A stretch of DNA of 64,000 bases from the human T2T-CHM13v2.0 reference genome, Homo sapiens, in assembly GCF_009914755.1 (NCBI RefSeq), contig NC_060940.1. One strand, 5' to 3'. A program made the position numbers and the translations under genes. Shown piece by piece: positions 54,201-64,000 of this stretch; positions within the stretch are counted from its first letter, which is position 1; each line of letters begins with the position of its first letter. The notes beneath the pieces are model-generated. The model saw only the letters and a list, made by a program, of their open reading frames with translations, searched no databases and had not been told where the DNA came from.

Positions 54201-57078
54201 TGCTTTGCAGTGTGTGGATTCATGTCATAGAGTTAAAACTTTGTTTTGATTCAGCAGTTTGGAAACACTTTTTTTGTAGAATCTACGAAGGGATATTTTG
54301 GAGCCCATAGAGGCCTACAGTGAAAAACTAAATATTCTGCAATAAAAACTAGAAACAAGCTATCTGAAAATTCTTTGTGATGTGTGGATTCATTTCACAG
54401 AGTTAAACCTTAGATTGGATTCAGCAGGTTGGAAACCCTTTTTTTTTTTTTTTTAATAGAATCTACGAGTGAACATTTCAGGGCCCATTGAGGCTTATAG
54501 TGAAAAACCCAATATCCCACAATAAAAACTAGAAACAAACTATCTGTGAAAGTGCATTGTAATGTGTGGATTCATCTCATAGAGTTAAACCTTTTTTTTT
54601 TTGATTCAGGAGTTTGGAAACACTTTTTTTGTAGAATCGATGAAGGGACATTTCAGAGACCATTGATGCCTATAGTAAAAAACTGAATATCTCTTGATAA
54701 AAATTAGAAACTAGATATCCATGATAATGTTTTGCAATGTGTTGATTCAGCTCACAGAGATAAACATTTATTTTTATTCAGCAGGGTTGGAAGCACTCTG
54801 TGATATGTACGAAGTGACATTTAAGAGCCCATTGAGGCCTATATTTAAAAACTGAATATCCCGTTATACAAACTAGAAACAAGCTATCCGTGAAAATGCT
54901 TTGCAATGTGTGGATTCATCTAATAGAGTTAAACTGTTGTTTTGATTCAGGAGGTTAGAAATGCTCTTTTTGTAGAATCTACAAAGGCACGTTTCAGAGT
55001 CCATTTAAATCTATAGTGAAAAACCGAGTATCTTACAATAAAAACTAGTAGCAAGCTATCTGTGATGATGCTTTGTGATGTGTGGATTCAAGTCACAGAA
55101 TTAAACCTTTCTTTTGATTCAGCAGTTGCACAGACTCTAATTGTAGAATCCAAGATGGGACATCTCAGAGCTGCCTATATTGGAAAACTGAATATCCTGT
55201 GATAAAAACTGCAAACAAGGTGTCTTTCAGAATGCTTTTCAATGTTTGGATTCATCTCACAGACTAAAACTGTTGTTTTGATTCAGCACATTGAAAACAC
55301 TCTGCAGAATCTATGAAGGGACATGAGCCCTTGGAAGCCTAGAGTAACAAACCAAAAGTCCCATGATAAAAACTAAAAACAAGCTATCTGTGAAAATGCT
55401 TTGCAATGTGTCATTTTATCTTACAGGGTTAAACCTTTGTTTTGATTCAGCAGGTTGGAGACACTTTTTTTGTACTCTTTATGAATGGATATTTCATAGC
55501 CCATTGAAACATATGGTGTAAAAAGGAATATCCAACAACAACAACAAAAAGCTAGAAACAATGCATTGTGAAGTGTGAATTAATCTCACGGAGATAAACA
55601 TTTGTTTTGATACCACAGGTTGGAGACACTCATTTTATAGAATCTACAAAGGAATATTTGAAAGCCCATTTAGGCCTGTAGTGAAAAACTGAATATCCCA
55701 CAATAAAAACTAGAAGTAGGCTATCTGTGAAAATGCTTTGTGATGTGTGGATTCACCTCACAGAGTTAAACATATGTTTTGATTCAGCAGGTTGGAGCAC
55801 TCTTCTTGTAGAATCTACAAGGGGACATTTCAGAGCCCCTTGGAAAATATAGTGAAGAAACAAATATCTCATGATACAACCTAGAAACAAGCAATCTGTC
55901 AAAATGCTCTTCAAATGTGGTTTCATCTCACAGAGTTAAACTTTTCTTTTTATTCAGAAGGTTGGAAACACTCTTTTTGAACAAACTACAAGGGGACATT
56001 CTGAAGCCCATTGAAACACATAGTTAAAAAGGGAATATCTCATAATGAAACCTAGAAAGAAGATATCCTTGAAAATACTTTGTGATATGTTGATTCATCT
56101 CGCAGAGTTAAAACTTTGTTTTGATTCAGCAGGTTGGAAACACTCTTCTTGTGAATCTACGAAGGGCGATTTTTGAGCTCATTGAAGCCTATAGTGGAAA
56201 ACCAAATATTCTGCAGTAAACTCCAGAAACAAGCTATCTGTTAAAATTCTCTGCAATGTGTGGATTCATCTCATAGAGGTAAACCTTTGTTCTGATTAAG
56301 CAGGTTGGAAACTGTCTTCTTGTAGAATCTACAAAGGGACATTTCTGAGCTCATTGAGGCCTATATTAAGAAACTGATTATCTAGTGATGAAAACTAGAA
56401 GCAAGCTACCTCTAACAATGTTTTGTGACATTTGGATTTCTCTCACAGAGTTAAAACATTGCTTTGATTCAGCAGGTTGTAAACAATCTTTTTGTAATAT
56501 CTAAGGGAACTTTCAGAGCCCATTGAGGCCCATAGTAAGAAAACCAAACATTCCACGATAGAAACTAGAAACAAGGTATCTGTGAAACCGCTTTGTGATG
56601 TGTGGATTTATCTCAGAATTAAACCTTTGTTTTGATTCAGCAGGTTGGAAACACTCTTTTTGTAGCATCTACGAATGGATGTTTTGGAGCTAATTGAAAC
56701 CTATAGTGAAAAACTGAATATTCCATGATAAAACCTAGAAACAAACTATCTGTGAAAACACTTTCCAATGTGTGGATTCATATCACAGAGTTAAACCTTT
56801 GTTTTCATTCAGCATGTTAGAAACACTGTTTTTGTAAAATCTATGAATGGACATTTTGGAGCTAATTGGGGCTATAGTGAAAAAATGAATATCCCGTGAT
56901 AAAAACTAGAAAAAAGCTATATGTGAAAATGCTTTGCAATGTTTGGATGCATCTCATGGAGTTAAACCTTTGTTCTGATTAAGCAGATTGGAAGCAGTCT
57001 TTTTGTAGAATTTTTGAAGGGACATTTTGGATCCCATTGGAACATAGTTTCCATTCATCTCACAGAAGTAACTATTGT

Positions 57079-60000
57079 TTTCTGGGCTTGAGCACTTTCA
57101 GGCTACTATGGCTTCATGGGCTGCCAGGGAGTACCCCTATAGGTAGGTTTTCTTCCACAGCAGGGGTGCAGGTGAGCTGGAAATGGGAAAAAAGGGAAAG
57201 CCAGAGAGTCAGGGGGCAGTTAGGAAGAGGGCGACAAGCAGGAAAAAGTGAAAAGGAATGGAAGCCAAAAACCTGAAACCCCAGATCTTCCCAGGTGGTA
57301 TCCCATCCAAGCCCCAGCCAGGCTTAACCCTGTTTATCTTTTGTACTTGGACGCCCAGAGGCTGCTATGGTGCCAGGGACTGCCATGGGGGACCCACACT
57401 GGGGGGCACTGGGCCATGGCAGTGGCACAGGTAGGCAGGAAAGAGGAAGCCAGAGAGTCAGGGGATGGTTTGGAAGTGGGCCAACATGTGAGGAAAAGCA
57501 GGAAGGGAGTAGGAATCCAAACACCTTCAGCCATTGGTCTCCTAAGGTTGTGCCCCATCCAAGAACCAGACAGGTCCCATCCTGCTTAGCTTCCGGTATG
57601 GGGTGCCCTCAGTCTGCTATGGCACTGATGGCTGCTGGAACAGACCCCTAGGTGGAATCCCCAGGTCTCAACGGGGATGCAGGTAGGCGGGAAATGGGGA
57701 GCCAGAGAGTCAGGTGGCAGTTGGGAAGCTGCCGAGGTGGACACCCACGGGGAGGCACCGGGCCACGGTGGGGGTGCAGGTAAGCAAGAAAGGGGCAGCC
57801 AGAGAGGGGGCTGTTGAGAAGGGGGCTGAGAAGTGGGGGAAAGCAGGAAGGCAGCAGGAAGCCAAAAGCCTCCAGCTCCCAGTCTTCCCAGGTGGTCCCC
57901 CATCCAAGCCCCAGCCAGACCCAACCTTGCTTAGCTTTCAGTCTGGGATATCCTCAGGCTCCATTGGCACCAGTGCCTGCCAAGGGGGACCACCACTGGG
58001 AGGTCCTGGGCCATGTTGGAGGCCCAGACGGGTGGGAAAAAAAGGATCCAGAGAGTCACGGGGCAGTTGGGAAGTGGGCTGACAAGCGGGGGGAAAGCAG
58101 GAAGGGAACAGGAAGCCAAAAGCCTCCAGCCTTCATACTTTCCATTCAGTAACCCATTCAAACCCCAGCCAGGCCTGACCCTGCTTTGCTTCTGGGCTGG
58201 GGCGCCTTCAGGCTGCTTTGGCACCAGGGGCTGTTGCAGCAGACCCCCACAGAAAGGCCCTGGGCCCCAGCAGGGGCACAGGCAAGTGGAAAAGGGAGAG
58301 CCAGAAAGTCAGGGGGTGGTTGGGGAGTGGAGCCACGAGAGAAGGAAAGAGGGAAGGGAGTGGGAAGCCAAAAGCTTCCAGCCGCCTGTCTCCCCAGGTG
58401 GTTCCCCCGCCCAAGCTCCAGGCAGGCCCAACCCTGCTTAGCTTCCAAGGTGGGCACCCTCAGGCTGCTATGGTGTCAGAGGCTTCCAGGGTGGACTCCC
58501 ACAGGAAGGCCCCGGGCCGCAATGGGAGGCATAGGCAGTCGAGAAAGGAGCCAGAGAGTCCGGAGGTGGTTGGGAAGGGGGGGAAGACAAGTGGGGGAAA
58601 GTGGGAAGGGGTTGGGAAGCCAAAAGCCTCCAGCCCTCGGTCTCCCCAGGTAGTCCCCATTCCAAGCCCCAGCCAGGCCAGACCCTGTTTAGCTTCCAGG
58701 CTGGGGTGCCCTCAGGCTGCTATGGCACTGGGGGCTGCCAGGGTGGACCTGCATGTGGTGGCCTCGGGTCCCCTTGGTGGTACAGGTTGGTGGCAAAGAG
58801 GAAGCCAGAGAGTCAGGGGGTGGTTGGGAAGTGGGATGACAAGTGGGAAAGAGCAAGAAGGGAGCAAGAAACCAAAAGCTTCAAGCCCCCAGTCTCTCCA
58901 GGTGGTTCCCCATCCAAGCCACAGCCAGGCCTGACCCTGCTTAGCTTCCACGCTGGGGCGCCCTCAGGCTGCTATGGTGCCAGGGGCTGCCAGGACAAAA
59001 CCTAACAAGGAGGTCCCAGGCAGTGGCGGTGGCACAGGCTAACGGGAAGGGGGGAGCCAGAGAATCAGGCGGCAGTTGAGAAACTGGCTGACAAGTGGGA
59101 GAAAGCGGGAAGGGAGCAGAAAGCCAAAAGCCTTCAGCCCCTGGTCTCTCCAAGCAGTTCACCTTCCAAGCCCCAGCCAGACCCGACCCGGGTAGCTTTC
59201 GGGGTAGGATGCCTTCAGGTTACTATGGTGCCGGGGGCTGTTGGGGTGGATCCCCAAGGGGAGGCCCAGGGCCACCGCGGAGGCACAGGTGAGTAGGAAA
59301 GGGGGAGCCAGAGTGTCAGAAGACAGTTGGGAAGTGGGTCGACAAGTGAGGAAAAGCAGGAAGGGAGCAGGAAGCCAAAAGCCCCAAGGCCCCGGTCTCC
59401 CCTGACAATCCCTTATACTAGCCCCGGCCAGTCTTGACCCTGCTTAGCTTCAAGGCTGGGGCGCCCTCAGGCTGCTATGGCACCAGGGGCTGCTGGGGCA
59501 AAACCCCACAGGGAGGCCCCGGATGTGACAAGGGTGCAGGTGGGCGGAAAAGGGGGAGCCATGGAATTCAGGAGGCAATTAGGAAGTGAGGGATTGCAGG
59601 AAAGGAGCAGGAAGCCAAAAGCTTCCAGTCCCTGGTCTCTCCAGGTGGTCCCCAATCCAAGCGATAGCCAGGACTGACCTTGCTTAGCTTCCGGGATGGG
59701 GTGCCCTCAGGCGACTATGGCACTTTGGCCTGCCGGGGTAGATCTGCACAAGGAGGCACCGGGCCACGGTGGGGGATCAGGCGGGGCAAAAGGGAGAGCC
59801 AGAGACTCAGGGAGCAGTTGGGAAGTGGGGCAACAAGTGGGGGAAAGCGGGAAGGGAGCAAAAAGCCAAAAGTCTCCAGCCCCTTGTCTCTACAGGCGCT
59901 CCCCCATCCAAGCCCCAGCCAGGCCAGACCCTGCTTAGCTTCTGGGCTGGGGTGACCTCCTGCTGCTACGGCGCTAGGGGCTGCCAGGGCAGACCCCCAG

Positions 60001-63000
60001 CGGGAGGCCACAGGCCACCTCAGGGATGAAGGTGGGTGGGAAAAGGGGAGCCAGAGAGGAGGCAGTTGGGAAGCAGGGCAACAATCAGGTAAAAGCGGGA
60101 AGAGAGTGGGAAGCCAAAAGCCTCCAGACCCCAGTCTCCTCAGGTAGTCCCCCAGTGAAGCCCCTGGCAAGCCCAACCCTGCTTAGCTTCCAGGATGGGG
60201 CTTCCTCAGACTGCTATGGATCTCGGGGGCTGCTGGGGCAGACCCGAACAGAGAGGCCCCGGGTCGCAGCGGGGATGCAAGCGGACTGGAATGGGAGAGC
60301 CAGAGTCAGTGGGCAGTTGGAAAGCAGGACGACCAGCAGGGAAAGCCGTAAGGGATTGGGAAGCAAAAAGCCTCCAGCCCCCAGTCTCCCCAGGCAGCTC
60401 GTCATCCAAGCCCCAGCGAGGCAGGACCCTGCTTAGCTTCTGGGCTGGGCACCCTCAGGCTGCTATGGCACCAGGGCTGCCAGGGCAATCCCCCATAGGG
60501 AGGCCCCAGGTCGCAGTGGGTGTGCAGGCGGGTGGGAAAGGGGGAGCCAGAGAGTCAGGAAGCAGTTGAGAAGCTGGGTGACAAGTGGAGGAAAGCAGGA
60601 AGGGAGTGAGAAGCCTGAAGCCTCTAGCCACCAGTTTCCCCAGGCAGTCCCCCATCCAAGCAACAGTCAGGCCTGACCTTGCTTAGCTTCCGGGCTGCGG
60701 TGCCCTCAGGCTGCTATTGCGCCGAGGGATGTTGGGGCGGACCCCCACCTGGAGGCCCAGGATCGTGGCGGAGGAGAAGGTCCGGGCGGAAATGAGGGAG
60801 CCAGAGTCAGGGAGCGGTTGAGAATTGCGCCAACGAGCGAGAGAAAGCCTGAAGAAAGCGGGAAGCCAAAAGCCTCCAGAGCCCGGTCTCCCCAGGCGGT
60901 CCCACATCCAAGCCCCAGACAGGCCCAACCCTGCTTAGCTTCCAAGCTCAAGTGCCCTTAGGCTGCTATTGCACCGAGGGCTGCCAGGGCACACCCCCAC
61001 AAGGAGGCACTGGGCTAGGGCGGGGGTGCAGGCGGGCAGTTAAGGGGAAGCCAGAGTCAGGGGGCTGTTGGGAATCAGGCCAACAAGCAAGAGAAAGCAG
61101 GAAGAAAGCGGGAAGCCAAAAACCTCCAGAGCCCTATCTCCTCAGGCGGTCCCACATCCAAGCCCCTGCCAGGCTCGACTCTGGTTAGAGTTCCTCTAAG
61201 CCCCGGGCTGGGCCACTCTAAAGCTGCTATGGCGCAGGGGTCTGCTCTGGCAGACCCCAAAGGAGAGGTCCCGGGCCCTGGTGGGGGCCCAGGAGGGTGG
61301 GAAATGTGGAGTCAGAGAGTTAGGGGGCAGTTGGGAAGCAGGCTGACAAGTGGGGGAAAGTGGGAAGGGAGTGAGAAGCCAAAAGCCTCCAGCCACCGGT
61401 CCCCCCAGGCTGTCCTTCATCCAAGCCCCAGCCAGGCTCAACCCGGCTTAGCTTCCTGGCTGGGGTGCCGTCAGGCTGTCATGGCACAAAAGGCTGGGGG
61501 GGCGGACCCCCACGGAGAGGGCCCGGGCCTTTGCAAGGGTGCAGGCAGGCTGGAAATGGGAAGCCAGAGTCACAGGGTGGTTGGGAAGCAGGGAGACAAG
61601 AGGGGGAAGCGGGAAGGGAGCAGGAAGCCAAAAGCCTCCAGGCCCTGGTGTCCACAGGTGATCCTCCATCCAAGCCTAAGCCAGTCCCGACCCTGCTTAG
61701 CTTCCGGGATGGGGCGCCCTCCGGCTGCTACGGTGCCTGTGGGCCAGGACGGACAGCCCGGGGAGATCCCAGTTCATTTTGGGGGTGCAGGTGGTGGGAA
61801 AGTGGGGGCCAGGGGGTCAGGAGGGGAAGGTTGGGAAACCTTGCGACAAGAGGGGAAAGTGGGAAGGGAGCAGAGAGCCAAAAGCCTCTAACCTCCAGTC
61901 TCCTTAGGCGGTCTTTCATACAAGCTTCAGCCAGGCCTTAACCTGCTTAACTTCCGGGCTGGAGCACCCTCAGGCTGCTATGGTTCCCGGGGGCTGCTGG
62001 GGCTGATTCCCACAGGGAGTTCTCAAGCCACATCGGGGGTACAGGAGGGTGGGAAAGGGTCAGCCACAGTCAGGGGGTGGTTGGTTATTGTTGCTACAAG
62101 CCTGGCAAAATGGGAAGGGAGCAGGAAGCAAACAGCTTCCAGCCCCCAGTCTTCCCAGATGGTCTCACATCCAAGGCCCAGCCAGGCCAGACCCTGCACA
62201 GATTCCAGTCTGGGGTGACCTCAGGCTGCTATGAATTTTGGGGGCTGCTGGGACAGACTAGCATGGGGCAGTCCTGGGCTGTGGCGGAAGCGCAGGTGGG
62301 CTGGAAAGTGGAGGTCAGAGAGTCAGGGGGCGGTTGGGAAATGATTCAACAAGCGGGGGAAAGCAGGAAACGAATGGGAAGCCAAAAGCATCCAGCCCTG
62401 GTATCCCCAGGCAGTCCCTCATCCAAGCTGCAGCCAGGCCCAACCCTGCTTAGCTTCCGGGCTGGGGTGCCCTCAGGTTGCTATGGCGCTCGGGGGTTGC
62501 CAGGGCAGGCCCCCACAGGGAGGTCCTGGTCCGTGGCGGGGGCACAGGCGGGTGGGAAAGGGTGAAGGGGCAGAGAATCAAGGGGCGGTTGGGAAGCGTT
62601 GCGACAAGCCGGTGAAAGCGGAAAGGGAGCGGGGAGCCAAAAGCCTCCAGCCCCCGGTCTCCCCAGACGGACCCCATTCAAGCCCCAGCTAGACCCGACC
62701 CTGCTTAGCTTCTGGGCTGGGGCGCTCTCAGGCTGCTATGGCACACAAAGGCTCCCTGAGCAGACCCACACGGGGAGGTCCCGGGTCACAGCGAGGGCAG
62801 AGTCGGTCGGGAAATTGGGGGCCAAATACTCAGGATGCGGTTGGCATGCATTGTGATCAGCGGGGAAAAGCGGGAAGGGAGCAGGAAGCCAAAAGCCTTC
62901 AGCCTGGGTCTCCTCAGGCGGTCCTCCATCCAGGCCCCAGCCAGGCTCGACCCTGCCTAGCTTCCGGGCTGTGGCGTTCTCAGGCTGCTATGGCGCCAAA

Positions 63001-64000
63001 GGGCTGCGGGGACGGATGCCCACACAGGGAGGTACCAGATGGTGGCAGGGGCACAGGCGGGTGGGAAAGGAGGGCCAGAGAGTCAGTGGGTGGTTGGGAA
63101 GCATTGTGACATGTGAGTGAAAACAGGAACGGAGCAGCAAGCCAGAAGCCTCCAGGACCCAGTCTCCCCATGCGTCCCCCCACCCAAGCTTCAGCCAGGC
63201 CCCTCCCTGCTTAGCTTCCGGGCTCAGGCGTGCTCGGGCAGCTATGGCGCCCCCGGGCTGCCAGGACAGACCCTGACGGGAAGGTCCCGGGCCGCGGTGG
63301 GGGCACAGGCGGGCAGGAAATGGGGGACCAGAGACTCAAGGGGCGGTTGGGAAGCACTGAGACAAGCAGGGGAAAGCAGGAAGGGGAGGAAAGCCAAAAG
63401 CCTCCAGCCCCTGGTCACCCCCGGCGGTCCCCACATCCAAGCCCCAGACAGGCCCTACCCTGCTTAGCTTCCTGCCTGGGGCGCCCTCAGGCTGTTATGG
63501 TGCCCGTGTGCTGCTGGGATGGATCGCCACGGGGAGGTTTCGGGCCGCGGCGGCGAAGCAGGCAGGCGGGGAATGGGCAGTCAGAGAGTCAGCAGCGATT
63601 AGGAAGTGTTGTGACAAGTGGGGGAAAGCAGAAAGAGTGGGAAGACAAAAGCCTCCAGCCCCTGGTCTCCCAAGGCAGGCTCCCATCCAAGCCCCAGCCA
63701 GGCCCGACCCTGCTTACCTTCTGGGATGGGGCGCTGTCAGACTGCTGTGGCGCCCGGGCTGCTGGGACGGAAACCCACTGGGAGGTCCTGGGCCCTGGAA
63801 AGGGCAAAGGTGGGCGGGAATTTGGGGGCCAGGTGTCAGAAGGCTATTGGGAATCATTGAGACAAGTGCGGGGAATCGGGAAGGCAGCGGGAAGCCAAAA
63901 GCCTCCAGCCCTTGGTCTCCCCAGGTGGTCCCCCATCCAAGCACCACCAAGGTCCGATCCTGCTTACCTTCCGGGCTGGGGCACCCTCATGTTGCTATGA
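57079..64000. repeat. GC-rich gamma-satellite-like array (GSATII-like), ~252 bp period, ~27 units, continues beyond the window
   Basis: The landmark 'gaagccaaaagcctccag' recurs at 57861, 58115, 58367, 58619, 58871, 59123 ... 63894; conserved 'ccctgcttagcttcc..gctggggcgccctcaggctgctatgg'; directly abuts alpha satellite. Confidence 0.8.

Noticed and set aside
57248-64000. Long ORFs (up to 256 aa) in the GC-rich array
   Set aside because: These are expected from GC-rich, stop-poor tandem repeats with a unit length near a multiple of 3; the frames are not conserved between units.

Overview
This is human/great-ape-type pericentromeric DNA with no intact protein-coding gene; the ORF track hits are repeat-derived or pseudogenic. 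In order, the window holds: (i) 1-8 kb of old interspersed repeats (L2, MLT1, MIR, L1M, AluY) containing a compact complex rearrangement. Two nearby segments (450 and 781 bp) were copied in inverted orientation into the breakpoint of a ~320 bp inversion, creating a third LTR22 copy. (ii) An internally deleted HERV-K(HML-5)/LTR22 provirus (8018-14799, minus strand, tRNA-Met PBS) inserted into a THE1 LTR and itself interrupted by an HMGN2 processed pseudogene and an AluY. (iii) L1PB and MER4-group ERV1 fragments. (iv) About four diverged ~2.5 kb SST1/NBL2-like macrosatellite units (16.4-26.1 kb). (v) About 30.7 kb of ancient 172-bp monomeric alpha satellite in which no CENP-B box was seen, carrying L1PA and Alu insertions and relic multi-monomer duplications. 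(vi) A GC-rich gamma-satellite-like array with an atypical ~252 bp period running off the end of the window. I found no evidence for a new protein-based system. The most novel signals are structural: the four-junction template-switch rearrangement, hidden higher-order structure in the monomeric alpha satellite, and the 252-bp gamma-satellite unit. Repeat family names come from recalled consensus sequences, not database searches, and identity values are by-eye estimates.
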